Source of the DNA: Marsupella aquatica
Lineage: Eukaryota; Plantae; Marchantiophyta
Reading direction: 5' to 3'
Assembly: GCA_973895155.1 (NCBI GenBank)
Contig: OZ316899.1
Span: 1,263,573 to 1,327,572, forward strand
Length of the DNA stretch: 64,000 nucleotides
The position numbers and the translations under genes are program-made. The notes below the pieces were generated by a model. That model did not search any database. It saw nothing but the letters and a program-made list of their open reading frames with translations, and was not told the DNA's origin. This document shows, one piece after another, positions 1 through 12,140 of this stretch (position 1 is the stretch's first letter; every line of letters starts with the position of its first letter).

Positions 1-2783
1 TCGGCCTTGAAGCTGGCCGTCAGGGACGCAAGCTCCTGCTGCAGCGCCATAATCCCTTGATAGGATTTCCCTAACTCGGCCTCCTTCTACTCAAGGGCTC
101 CGCGGATTTTCTCGAGCTCCTCCTTCAACGCCCATTCCTTTCTTTGGGTCTCCGCCATGGCCCGGTTGTTGGCTGTTATGTGGGCCTCCTCTGCATTCCT
201 CAGCTCTCGTTTCCACTTCTCCCTCTCTTTGATCGTATCGGCCAACTCTCCTTGGGTCCGCGTCAGTAGATTCTCGATCATCCGATTATCAGATTGTGCG
301 GTATCCAACTGGCCCTGCATGATATTTAGCTCATGCCGCTTAATCCGCAGCTCATCTTGGGCTTTCTTGGCCACCCTCAGGTCCTTGATTTCGGCTTTCC
401 TTTCCCTAAGCCGACGGATGACCTCGTCCTTCTTGCTTCTTTCCAAGGCCACCGCTTCTTCTAATTGGCGCTTCTCCAACATCTCCCTCTGGAAAAAGGG
501 TCCCTACTCCAACTCCTCCCCAAAGATGCTGAGCGCCAGTTCTCCACACATCTCCCCGTACTCCATGGCTCTGTCTTTAGCATAGGTGGAGGAAGTAGAA
601 GTCATCGGCATCATCCACCGCAGCCTCTGCTCCCAAGCCGTCTTGCGGATCTCTTTAATCGTGGCTAGAGGTTTGCTTCCTTTTTTGGCTAGCCGCTTGA
701 TGTCCTCTGGCCAATCTCCTCCTGGCAAATCCTTTTCCCTAGCCAGGGCTGCCTTCTCTTCCTGCCTGATTCGCTCCTGAAATTCCTGAGCCATCTGTTT
801 TATGCCGTCAAAGCTCGGGGGAGCAACATCTGGTGGGGGAGACTCAGGGCTACTTTGCTGGTTGGGGTCCCCTCGTACTACCCTTGGAAGTGTGGGGATA
901 AACCGGCCACAGGTCCTTACTCCTGGAACGTGATGGTCCGACCCATAGCCGGAGTTATCATGGCTGCAGTCCTCCACTGCCTCCTCTACTTCTTGGACTT
1001 CCGGCTTCTCCCTCTCCTCTTCGTCGGTAGGAGCTTCAGGCAATTCTGCCTCAGATTCAGAGCTTGAGACTCCCACGTACATTCGAACACCCGGCTTGGA
1101 TTCTGGCCTGATTCTCTCCTTGTCTCCAGTAAAGGGGTTTTCCCTTGTAAGCCGGTGTAGGCCTACCTCTGGAGTAGTGTCCTGCATTGTTGTCGTTGCC
1201 GTTGTCGTTGCCGATGCCGATCTCTTTTCTTTCTCCAGTAGTTTCAGCAGATTCTGCATGCCTGGTTGCTGCATCGGCAAGTCTTCCTTCCTTGGCCTAA
1301 ACACCTGCTCGATCGTAGCGCTAACAGGTGGTTGAGGCTTCTCTGCTACCGGCCTCGGTGCTGGAGCTTCCTCGGGTGCCCTTACCTGCAGGGGAAGTAC
1401 TGGGGCAAAGGTTTGTCCTCTGGCATACCGGCACAACAGCGGCATGTGATAGCCAAGCCGCGACACGCTCCCCATGCCGATTACCTGCTGCTCCTCCTTT
1501 AAGATCTTCTTCAATTGGTTGAGGAGGTACCCGTTGTAGTCCCGGCTTGGGTCTGGCCTCTCTGCCAGATAGACCTGTGCCTTGCCGATCTCTGCCCTCA
1601 GCAAGTTACAGTGCATGGTCACCCGCAAGAAGTCGATCATCTCTCCTATGTGTGGGTTGGTGCAGGTGTTCCGGAAGAAGCCATTCTTCGTTGATGGCCC
1701 GGGGAACGACCGGAACTCCTTGTCAGGCAAGGTCTTCCTGGTATCAACTTTGGTCTTATTGCCTATCGGCAAGCCAAACACTTCGGCAATCACCTTGGGA
1801 GTAAGATAGAAATCCTTCCCATATATCCTCGTGCAATTGGTCTCGGGTTCCCATGACCCCACGAATTCTAATAGGTCTGAATCCGGTACCTCTGGCTTCA
1901 GCCATGGTAATCTTACAAAGGCCTCTAAGTCGGATCCGGCCATGAAGCCTTGGTACTTCTTGGTCTGCATGGCCGTAAAGCATGCATCCTCCTCCCGTGC
2001 AAAATGTAGTTGCACCTCCACCGGTAGGGTTGCCGCCCAGCCTTTCCAGGTGTCATCCCTGGTTGGAATGGCATTGATGGGATCAACCTCCTCCTCTTTG
2101 GCTTCTCCCTGCCTCCTGCTCTGCTGCTCGGCTGGCTTCTTTGGTGCCGCCAACCTCGTTCTTTTTGCCGGGGTGGCTTCATCGTTGACGGCTCCCTTCC
2201 TCTTCATCTCTGCTGCCGTGGAGGTTTCTCCTAGCACCGTTGCCTAGGTCCACCTTTCCGTGCTACCCTTCAATTCCCAGTGTATGTCGTTGCAGTTCTT
2301 GATGGCCTCTCGAATGCCGATGATTCTGTCTTCGCAAAACAGAAGATCGTCGAGCTGATTGGAAGTAGGAGTCCACAAGAACTCGTCCTTGATGAGTTTG
2401 CCTCCTAAGAAAGCCGTCTTCTGCAGCTCCCACAATCGAGCGAGCTCCTGCCGTTCTCAAGCTGCCCTTTCTGATTCCTCGTCCTCGTAAGTCTTGATGT
2501 ACTCAGTTGCCCGTTCGAACAGGCATCCCCAGAAATGTGCCGCTTGATTGACGTTGCTCATACCCTCCTTAGGTCGATCGTCGGTATCTACTCTCTCTCC
2601 GAGTGCTTGCCTAAGCAGCTGACAGTAGTTGGCCTCCCGTAGTCGTCTGCCTAGTTCGTGCTTGCAAATGAGCCACCATCTCCTGCAAGCGCTCCTTACC
2701 CCTCTCCTCTTCCGGTCCTTCCTCCCGTTGATCCTTCCTAGCCGCCGACGCTTAGCGCGCCCTAACCCTAATCGAGTTTTCAC
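1..2783 (-). pseudogene. Extra (post-pol) ORF of a non-chromovirus Ty3/gypsy family, copy 1; fragmented, with a coiled-coil C-terminus running off the window edge
   Basis: ORFs 2457..2783, 2244..2435, 504..2237 and 87..482 are collinear homologs of 28973..31707. Examples: MKRKGAVNDEATPAKRTRL vs MKRKGGSASATPAKRTRL; FPGPSTKNGFFRN(T/Q)CTNPHIG is shared; PESPPPDV is shared. Confidence 0.8.
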
Positions 2784-2893
2784 CCCCAGCGTCCTACCTC
2801 CAGCCTCGGCCCGGGTTCCATAGTCGCCCCTAATTGTTTATATTTTCCTTGTTTTGTCCCTATACTAAGGTGTTTCTAGGGTGCATTCCTGCT

Positions 2894-3590
2894 TTACCCA
2901 CTTAACTGGCCGAGTGATTCCTGTCTAGGCATCACACCAGCCATGTCGGCATCATGGCTCTCTTTGAGAATTTGGTCTTTCTCATCCTTAGTATCCACAA
3001 CCCTCTGCAACAACTGACTTGGGTCCTTATGCTTTGCCACAAGTAGCCCTCCCTCAATAGGAACTTGTAAGATCTCTTCCGGATCTTGACGAACTCCTGG
3101 TAACTCCACTCTGGTTGCTTCTCCAAAGTGCTAATGTAACGCCCGATATCCAGCAACTCTCTCGAGTAGAGTTCTTCCTTGAACTCTAGACTTCCAACAC
3201 TTTTGGTTCCGGTCACCTGGCCAACTCTCGTTGCTACCTCATTTCCGAATCTCGCCCTTGACAGCATGTCGGCAACCGGTTTATCCGTTCCCGCAATGTG
3301 ACTTAGCTCAGGGTTGAACATCTGAATGAAAGCAATCCACCTGAGCATCGCTATGTCAGGCGTGTCACAATTTGCAATCATCCCCAGCAGCGATTGACAA
3401 TCAGTCTCAACCACCACCGGCGCCCCAATCAAATAGTTCCTCTCCTGATGGAGTGCCACTTTAGCACCCCAAAGCTCCCTCTTAACTTGGGCATATCTTC
3501 TTTGCCTTTCCGTAAAAAATTTCGCCCCAAATCTGATCGCATACCTTTCCCCATTCTCGTCATCTTGCCCAACAGCCCACCCGCATGCCA
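2894..3590 (-). pseudogene. Ty3/gypsy pol fragment: RNase H plus start of the integrase zinc-binding region; integrase core missing
   Basis: ORF 2932..3630 has ACGWAVGQDD...YAQVKRELWG...VVVETDCQSL...RWIAFIQMFNPELSHIAGTDKPVADMLSR (typical Ty3 RNase H). ORF 2894..3109 has ILKESHDADMAG. Sequence above about 3590 is LTR-derived, not pol. Confidence 0.85.
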
Positions 3591-4270
3591 TATGAGGCAA
3601 CACTTGCTCCCTAACACGACCATTGCTCAACGGTCCTCACTATCTGCACAAGCAATCAAGCACTCTGGTAAGTAACCCCCAAAGGATCTAGAACTCAAAC
3701 TCAACAGACATTGGTAAGTAGGTCAGCGATAGGTCCTTCCGTTGCTATAAGCCAAAATTAGAGCCAATACCCATTGTTCGTCCAAAACAACTCCCTCTTT
3801 GGATGTAGCCCAGGTTCCCCCTTGTACCTATCCATCACCAACTCACCGCCTGCCCCCAAAACATGCTCATGGCCCAAGTAGCGTAGCTTGTTCTAAAGCT
3901 TGTCTCAACATGCCGGGACCACAATAGTCCTGACTCTAACAACCAACTCCCAGTTCTCACCCCACTAATAGCCTAGGGGCCAAGTGCACTTGGAACTCAA
4001 CCTCTATGCCTACTTGGCCTTTCCTCCCCAATGCAAGCTCCCTTAGGAGATTGAACACGGCTTGACTATTGTTTCAATAGGATTTGGCAAGCGGGCAAGA
4101 TAGCGGCCGCAAATCCCAAGAATCCATGGCACCCCTAGACCCAGCTAAGATCAGGAGGATGTAGTCCTCCTTGAGAAATTTCCAACGCACCCAAGAAGTC
4201 CTCCAACGGACTTCCCGTTGGGAAGTAATCACCATTTTCGTTTGACGTTTTCCCTTAGTGTCGCGACCGC
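3590..4270 (-). repeat. 3' part of an LTR of the chromovirus family, inverted relative to the element at 4271-11505
   Basis: The reverse complement of 4190-4270 matches 4920-5005 (gcggtcgcgacactaaggg...ttcccaacgggaagtccgttggaggacttcttgggtg). 3600-3780 matches 5425-5600 in reverse. Confidence 0.8.
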
Positions 4271-5742
4271 CGCAGAGTCGCGGAACTTGACTACCTTAAC
4301 ACTTAGCTCCAGCATTGCTGACTCCAACGCCGAGCTCCCTTATGGTCCAGGCCTAGATAGGCCATCTGGGGAGGACTTGGCATGGGGAGACTTGTGGGCA
4401 ATGAGACGTGGCACTAGCGAGGCAAGGAGCCAAGCTGGGGACACACACTGAGGACTTGGACCAGCTGATAGTTGGTCGGGTCAAGGGGAAATGGGTCGGG
4501 CTCAAGGATGGCCATCCGGACCTCTGGTGGACTTTGAGGTTCTGAGGGCTTGAGTGTGAGGTCCTCTTGGGCCCAAGGTCAATGGAGTTGACGCCATGGG
4601 CAACGGACACTTGGGGCGCAAGTTATGGCCCGATCCGGGTTGGGCCGGTTGGGGACACCAAGCGGCAATGACCTGAGGGCCTAGGCATGAGCACTGGGTT
4701 GGCCCAATCACAACGGGCTAAGGCACTCCACTTGCGGATGCCTAACAAGAGAGTTACGGGTGTTGCTAGTTGCTGGCGTGCCCATTATGCGCAATAGGAT
4801 CCGGGTTGGGGGCTAAATGTTTAGGGACCAAAGCTGGTCCGGAGGTGGCAGGTCTCCAGAAGCATATATAAGGGGAGTGGTGTCTCCCTGGGGGCTAAGG
4901 GCGAGCCGAAGTCGTGAGCCGCGGCGGTCGCGACACTAAGGGAAACCGCCAAACGGAAATAGCGATATCTTCCCAACGGGAAGTCCGTTGGAGGACTTCT
5001 TGGGTGCGTTGGAAAGCCCTCCTGAGCTCAGGTGGGTCTGGGGGCACCTTGGGTTCTTGGGGTTTGCGGGTGTTGACTCGTCCGCTTGCCAAATCCTTCC
5101 AAACAGCAGCCAAGCCGCGTTCAGTCTCCCAAGGGAGCTTGAGTTGGGGAGGCAAGGCCAAGTAGGTGTGGAGGTTGAGTCCCAAGAGAATTCGGCCCCT
5201 AGACCATCAGATGAGGCAAATCGGGAGTTGGTTGCTAGAGTCGGGGCCATTCTGGTCCCGGAGGGTTGGGACAAGCTTTAGGACAAGCTATGCTATTTGG
5301 GCCATGAGCATGTCCTGGGGTCAGGGCGGTCAGTTGGTGATGGATAGGTACAAGGGGGAACCCGGGCCGCGCCCAAGGAAGGAGCTGTCCTAGAGAGACA
5401 GTGGGCGTGGGTTCTAGTTCCGGCTTATTGCATCGGGAGGACCTATCACTGACCTATTTACCAACGTCTGTTGAGCTTGAGTTGGGATGCTAGACTTGGC
5501 AAATTCTGGATCCTAAAAGGTTACTTACCGAGGTGCTTGGTTGCTTGTGCAGACAGTGAGGATTGTTGAGTAGCGGTCGTGTAGGTGAGCAAGTGCAACT
5601 TTGTATGCGAGGGGCCGCTGGTGGTGCAAGAGGCACTTGGGTGCTTGCTCAAGGTATTCCGTGGAGGCGTTCGGGCACCAAGGGCACTTAGGCATGAGTG
5701 CTGGGATTGGTGAGGGCGCTGGGTGGCAAGGTCTACCACTTG
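4271..5742 (+). repeat. 5' LTR of the chromovirus element
   Basis: Direct repeat of 10095-11505. TATA-like gcatatataagg at about 4863. Ends immediately before the PBS. Confidence 0.85.
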
Positions 5743-5754
5743 TGGTATCAGAGC
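5743..5754 (+). promoter_or_regulatory. Primer-binding site complementary to the tRNA-iMet 3' end
   Basis: Exact TGGTATCAGAGC directly after the LTR. Confidence 0.9.
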
Positions 5755-5885
5755 GATTGGTGGCATAGACACCGGGCCGGGTTTGTGCTAAGTTGGAATC
5801 CAAAAATCTTAACAGATTTTTGTGGGGACTTAGTGCTTCAACATGCCCGGCGGGTCGACTGCGGGCAGATTTGGTTGTTGGGAAC

Positions 5886-7440
5886 ATGGCTAAAAACACT
5901 CGATCAAAGAGTGGCAAACAGGCTCCCCCCACCAAGGGGAGAGCCCAAGTTCAAGATGAACAGAAGGAGGACGGATCGACTTCCCTAGACGAATGTTACA
6001 AGCAGGATGAAGAAGACGCAACGGCTGAACCATCGACCGCTGTGGCGAACACGTTAAGTGCAGAGCATCATCGACTTAAAGGGAAGGAGGTGGTTGATCC
6101 TTCAGAGGATGGGTCGGATAACGATGACTCCAACGCAATTGGAAGCAAGGACGATGCTGAAGCGGAATTGGAGGAAGAGGGTCAGGACCCAGAAGAGGAA
6201 CTGATCCCAGCCTTGAGAGGGTTGAACGCGGAACCAAAGGATGATGTCAAGCCACACGTCATCGTGGATAATTTGACCAAGGAAAACCAGGGCGATGCGG
6301 GTGATGCCTCAGCCCCAGGAGGTCATGGTGCTTGCAAGACGCGGGGGGTGTCACCAAAATCCACAAGAGAACCTAAGGACAGGTGGCCCGCAAAGGAAAG
6401 ATGGTTGGAGGACCCTCCTCATACAACCCGCAAGGGCCCAGCCGCTGACGACGGTCTGGGTCCGTTGACTCAAGACCAATGACTCATTTATGAGCAGTTG
6501 GAACACAACAAGGGGGCCCAGATTAAGTACTTACTTAGTCTGGGTAGTTAGAGTGCAACGCATCCCGAGGGGGCAATGGTAGTTGGATGGAGTATGTTCC
6601 AAGTGAACCAGCTACCGACTCCTCCAACTTACGATGGGGCCTACGAGCAGAGTGGACAAAAGTTCTTGAGTTGGCTCTCCACAATGGAGATTCATCTCCA
6701 AGCATGTGTTGAGCATTCCACTTGGGCTATCGCAGCCGCTCCTTACCTGAAGGACTATGCCTTGACTTGGTACAAGTCATGGAAGAAGTCACGAGAGGAC
6801 TCCTCCTTGCCATTAACTTGGGAAAACTTGGTTGAGGGACTCTGTGCTCATGTCACCACTAAGTACCCGGAGCGGCACGCTCAGAAATGTGTAACGGAGA
6901 TGAGCTTCAGGGGTGATATCCAAAAGTTCATCACTTATTACCAAAACCAGTTGGCGTGTATCCCGGCGGGACAAGAGACCATACATACACAGCTTCACAA
7001 CTTTATCGTGAAGCTCCCGCCGTTGCTCAGGGAAAAGTTACAAGAAAAGCGTCATGAGTTCAAAACGCTTTCTGACGCCTTTGACATGGCCACTACGTTG
7101 GTGAATAATCGACCGGACTTGGCAAAGGCGGGTGGCAAGGGATCCGAGGGGGAAGATAGGAAAGCAAAAGGTCCCGGGAATAAGCGTAAGCAACCTGAGG
7201 GGGCGGGGGCTGGTGGTTCGGACCCCTAGCCCTAGAATGGTGAAGCTAAGCGAAACCGGAAGGCCGACAACCTCAAGAAAGGAACCTCATCGGCGCAGAA
7301 AGCAAAGAAGCAGGCACTCATGGAGCAGAGGCGGGTGGAAGGTTCGTGCTTCTGGTGCGGTGCCATGGGCCATCAAAGTAAGGATTGTTCCACGAAAGGT
7401 GGCAAGCCGAGCGGAGATGGAGGGCAGAAGAGCATTAAGG
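5886..7440 (+). pseudogene. gag of the chromovirus element (in-frame stops)
   Basis: ORFs 5793..6482 and 6576..7229 (PPTYDGAYE...FLSWL...LKDYALTWY...LTWENL, retrotransposon-gag-like). Zinc knuckle CFWCGAMGHQSKDC in 7320..7400. Confidence 0.85.
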
Positions 7441-7449
7441 TAAGTATCG

Positions 7450-7751
7450 CCTTGGGCCCAAGAGGAGCTCACACTCAAGCCGTCAGAACTCAAAGTCCAT
7501 CCGGAGGTCCGGATGGCCGTCCTTGAGCCCGGCCCATTTCCCCTTGACCCGAACAGCTATCTGCTAGTCCAAGTCCCTAGTGTGTGACCCTAGCTTGGCT
7601 CCTTGCCTCGCTAGTGCCACGTCTAATTGCCCACAAGTCTCCCCATGCTAAGTCCTCCGCGGATGGCCTATCTGAGCCTGGACCATAAGGGAGCTCGACG
7701 TCGGAGTCAACGACGCCGGAGCTAAGTGTTAAGGTAGTCGAGTTCCGCGAC
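7450..7751 (-). repeat. Inverted ~300-bp fragment of the LTR 5' end, replacing the protease and RT core
   Basis: The reverse complement matches 4277-4575 (gtcgcggaactcgactaccttaacacttagctc...ttgggcccaag). It is flanked by the gag knuckle on the left and RT thumb FLGFTGFYRRY on the right. Confidence 0.85.
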
Positions 7752-9372
7752 ACTTCTTAGGATTTACGGGGTTCTATCGGAGATACATGAAAGACTATGC
7801 AAGGATTGCAAGGCCCCTAAATGCGCTAACGTTGAAAAACAAAGTGTTTGTGTGGACACAGGATTGCAAGTTAGCATTCTTGGAACTTAAGCGGCTAATG
7901 ATAACGCCACCGGTTCTAAAGTTACCTGAGATGGGGAAGTCGTTCAAGATTTGGACAGACGCAAGTGATTATGCCATTGGCGCCTGTCTTCACCAGGACG
8001 GGCGTCTTGTGGCCTTCAAGTCATGTAAGTTGGAAAATCATTGGATCACACCGGAAAAGGAAATGTATGTTGTGATCTATGCGTTAAAGAAGTGGGAGAT
8101 TTACCTTAAGAACGGTCCCAAAGTGGTATTTCACACAGATAGCCCGTTGGTCGGGTACTTCAGTTCTAAGCCAAGACTGAACCCCAAGGAAATGTGCTGG
8201 CAGATGTTCTTGGCGGATTTTGATTTTGAAGTCCGCCACATTCCAGGGAAGACAAATATGGCAGCTGACGCGTTATCGCGTAAGGACCAACATCGTGTCA
8301 ATGGGATCACGATGCTTGAATCCAAGTGGCCAAAGGTTCTGGCCGCGGCGTATGGGGACGACAAGGTAGCTAAGGAATGGCAAAGCAATGGTTTCGGCCC
8401 GAGAGGTTGCCGGTCTAGTATTTGACAATGTCTTCCGACAATGGGGATTGCCGTTGCATATCCTGTCCGACCGCGATACCAAGTTCACGGGCCATTTTTG
8501 GAAGGCGTTGTTCTGGTTATCCGGAACAGACCTGACTAGGGGATCAACGTATCATCACAAGACAGATGGCCAAACGGAACAGGTTAATGGTATCATGGAG
8601 GACTACGTGCGTCACTTTGTGACGGCCAATCAAAAGGATTGGGCAAAGCATTTAACAATGGCCAAGTTTAGGTATAACTTGACCAAACATGCGGTGACGG
8701 GGTTTGCGCCGTTTGTGTTGGCCACAGGGAGGACGCCAAGGGCGCCCTCCTGGTTTATAAATCTAGAAGCTTGGCAGACGGAAAGCAAGGTTCTTTCTAC
8801 GGATGATTTTATTCGAGAGCGGCGCCTAGTTGTGGAAGCAGCTACCAAGGGTAAGACCTTGCCCAAAGTTGGTACAAGGAGCAAGGGGATAAATGTCGAC
8901 GCCAGGTAAGCTTTGAAATTGGGGAGAGCGTCTGGTTGCAGTTGAGACCTGAACAATACCACGGGAAAATAAGTAGGAAGCTGGCTCCCAGATATGCGGG
9001 GCCCTATCGCATTATACAATGGGCCCACAAGAATAATCCGGTTTTGGTGGTGTTGGAGACACCAAGGAAATGGGCGTGGGCAAAAGCTACCATGTTAACC
9101 GGCTCAAGAAGTTTGTCAAAGACGATGATCCCAACCGGGATTAGGTCTTGCGTCCGGACGCCATGCTGGTGGAGGACGCTGAGGAGTTTGAGGTGGAGGC
9201 AATTCTGGACCACCGTTGCAAACGCAAATTGGGAAGGCAAATTTTGGAGTACTTGGTGAAGTGGGCTGGCTATGACCAGGCCGAGAGTACTTGGGCACCG
9301 GAAGAAAATTTGGGTAATGCGTTAGAGATCCTTGGAAGCTATCGTAAGCGAAGCGGCCTACCGCCGTTGTGA
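7752..9372 (+). pseudogene. pol remnant: RT thumb, RNase H, integrase core, C-terminal chromodomain (frameshifted)
   Basis: RNase H: WTDASDYAIGACL...EKEMYVV...FHTD...FDFEVRHIPGKTNMAADALSR. Integrase: GLPLHILSDRDTKFTGHFW...HHKTDGQTEQVN. KLAPRYAGPYRII motif. Chromodomain: EFEVEAILDHR...EYLVKWAGYDQAESTWAPEENL (9148..9372). Confidence 0.9.
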
Positions 9373-9796
9373 ATTGGTACAGGCAGATGTAGCTACCTTT
9401 GTGAGTTGTATCCTAGTTTCACTCCTCTCGGTCTCTTAAGGATAAAGTCAGATTGCGTGGGTGCTAGAGATTGTTGGGCGGCCGATTTTCTTTTTGCGAG
9501 TGGAAGTTGATGGTGCCCGCCTTACATCTGTGGGCGGGCTAGTTCAAACCAAAGGGGAGTGCCCCAAGGGGAGGACAAAGGGTCTGACGAGTTTGGATTA
9601 ACTTACCCGTTTGGACTGGCATCCTACTTAGATAAGTGGGATAGGTTGGAATTTCCTAAGTTTGGAATACGCATACCAACCTGGTTTGCATCAGCCTTAT
9701 GGGCAAACCATTTGTTACCTCATAAAAATTTTAAGGCCCAAAGTGGTCTAGGCGTGTTGGAACGTTTACTGAGGTCACGCGGACGTGACCATTTTT

Positions 9797-9805
9797 AAGG
9801 GGGGG
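9797..9805 (+). promoter_or_regulatory. Polypurine tract
   Basis: AAGGGGGGG immediately followed by TGCAAGTCGCGGAAC, the LTR start. Confidence 0.75.
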
Positions 9806-10094
9806 TGCAAGTCGCGGAACTCGACTACCTTACACTTTGCTCCAACGTCGTTAGTTAGTCATGATGCTTAGGACAGGTGGACTCGTTGTTTCCAGGTTTG
9901 GTGTTTGGATGAGCCTCGTTGGTGGCAGCTGGCTGGGGCAAGAAAGGTGCTTTTGGAAACTACTTAAGGCTTGAGTTGCGGCTCATTGGGGTTGTTTGTT
10001 GTTCATTGTTGTTTGAGATGGTTCAAAGAGGTTTCAAAGTCTTAGAGATGATTTGGCTTGGATCTGGTGTTGGCTTTGAGATTTGAGTTTTAGG

Positions 10095-11505
10095 AGTCGT
10101 GGAACTCGACTACCTTAACACTTAGCTCTGGCATCGCTGACTCCGACGCCGAGCTCCCTTATGGTCCAGGCCCGGATAGGCCATCCAGGGAGGACTTAGC
10201 ATAGGGAGACTGGTGGGCAATGAGACATGGCACTAGCGAGGCAAGGAGCCAAGCTGGGGACACACACTAAGGACTTGGACTAGCTAATAGCTGGTCGGGT
10301 CAAGGGGAAATGGGCCGGGCTCAAGGATGGCCATCCGGACCTCCAGATGGACTTTGAGTTCTGAGGGCTTGTGTGTGAGCTCCTCTTGGGCCCAAGGCCA
10401 ATGGAGTTTGACGCCATGGACAACGGACGTTTGGGGCGCAAGTTATGGCCTGATCCGGGTTGGGCCTGTCGGGGGCCCCAAGCGGCGATGAGACCTGAGG
10501 GCCTAGGCATGAGCATTGGGTCGGCCCGATCACAATGGGCTAAGGCACTCCGCTTGCGGATGTCTAACAAGAGAGTTATGGGCGTTGTCAGTTGGTGGTG
10601 CGCCCATTATGCGCGATAGGATCCGGGTTGGGGGCCAAATGTTTAGGGACCAAAGCTGGTCCGGGGGTGGCAGGTCTCCAAAAGCATATATGAGGGGAGT
10701 GGTGTCTCCCTGGGGGCTAAGTGCGAGCCGAAGTCGTGAGCCGCGGCAGTCGCGACACTAAGGGAAACCGTCAAACGGAAACAGCGATATCTTCCCAACG
10801 GGAAATCCGTTGGAGGACTTCTTGGGTGCGTTGGAAAGCTCTTGAGCTCAGGTGGGTCTACGGGCACCTTGGGTTCTCGGGGTTTGCGGGTGTTGACGCG
10901 CCAAATCCTACCGAATAGCAGCCAAGCCGCGTTCAGCCTCCCAAGGGAGCTTGCGTTGGGGAGGCAAGGCCAAGTAGGTGTGGAGGTTGAGTCCCAAGAG
11001 GGTTTGGCCCCTAGACCATTAGATGAGGCAAATCAGGAGTTGGTTTCTAGAGTCGGGGCCATTCTGGTCCCGGCGGGTTGGGACAAGCTTGGGACAAGCT
11101 TTAGGACAAGCTACGCTATTTGGGCCATGAGCATGTCCTGGGGTCAGGGCGGCCAGTTGGTGATGGATAGGTACGAGGGGGAACGGCTTATGGCATTGGG
11201 AGGACCTATCACTGACCTATTTACCAACGTCTGTTGAGCTTGAGTTGGGATGCTAGACTTGGCAAGTTCTAGATCCTCAAAGGTTACTTACCGAGGTGCT
11301 TGGTTGCTTGTGTAGACAGTGAGGATTGTTGAGTAGCGGTCGTGTAGGTGAGCAAGTGCGGCTTCGTATGGGAGGGGCCGCTGGTGGTGCAAGAGGCACT
11401 TGGGTGCTTGCTTGAGGTATTCCATGGAGGCGTTCGGGCACCAAGGGCACTTAGGCGTGAGTGCTGGGATTGGTGAGGGCGCTGGGTGGCAAGGTCCACC
11501 ACTCG
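10095..11505 (+). repeat. 3' LTR of the chromovirus element (preceded by a 45-bp LTR stub at 9806-9850 and a foreign insert at 9851-10094)
   Basis: Collinear with 4277-5742, with scattered substitutions. It lacks the ~60-bp segment 5362-5421. Confidence 0.85.
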
Positions 11506-12140
11506 TGGCTTACGACTTTGGCTCACCCTTAGCCCCCAAGGAGACACCACTCCCCTCATATATGCTTTTGGAGACTTGTCACCCCCGGACCTACTTTGGT
11601 CCCCAAATTTGGCCCCCCACCTAGACCCTAACCTGCATGTCTAGGCACGCCACCAATAGGCTATGCCCATAACTTTATAGTTAGGTTTCCGCCGGTGGAG
11701 TGTCTTAGCCAGTTGTGATTGGGCCAATCCAGTGCTCATGCCTAGGCCCTCAGTACCCATCATCGCTTGGGGCCCCCAAGCGGCTAAACCTGGGTCGGCC
11801 GTAACTCATGCCCCAAGCGTCCGTTGTGCATGAAGTAAACTCCATTAGCCTTGGGCCCAAGAAGGGCTCTCACTCAAGCCCTCAAAACTCAAAGTCAGTC
11901 CGGGGTTCCAAACAGTCAACCCTAACTCCGGCCCTTTCCCATTACCCAACCAACCCTTAGCTAGTCTAAAGTCCTCTGAGTGTGTCACCAGTTTAGTGCC
12001 ACACCCCATTGCCCACAAGTCTCCCCATGCTAAGTCCTCCTCGGATGGCCGTTCCGGGCTTGGACCATAGGGGAGCTCGGCGTTGGATTCAGCGATGCTA
12101 GAGCTAAATGTTAAAGTAGTCAAGTTCCGCAACTCTGCTC
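11506..12140 (-). repeat. 5' part of an LTR of the same family, inverted
   Basis: The reverse complement matches 10095-10740 (gttgcggaacttgactactttaacatttagctc...gagccaaagtcgtaagcc). Confidence 0.8.

Larger units (their letters stand above)
4271..11505 (+). mobile_element. Ty3/gypsy chromovirus LTR retrotransposon, degenerate (PR and most of RT deleted)
   Basis: About 1.4-1.5 kb direct terminal repeats, PBS TGGTATCAGAGC at 5743, gag with a CCHC knuckle, RT thumb/RNase H/integrase/chromodomain, and a PPT at 9797-9805. Confidence 0.9.

Noticed and set aside
4260-4280. Target-site duplication for the chromovirus element
   Set aside because: Left flank ACCGC does not match any plausible right flank (CTCGT, TGGCT), so none is claimed.
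4218-5772. Several 70-110 aa ORFs here and at 10280-12162
   Set aside because: They lie within LTR copies, recur only because the LTR is repeated, and have no recognisable motifs.
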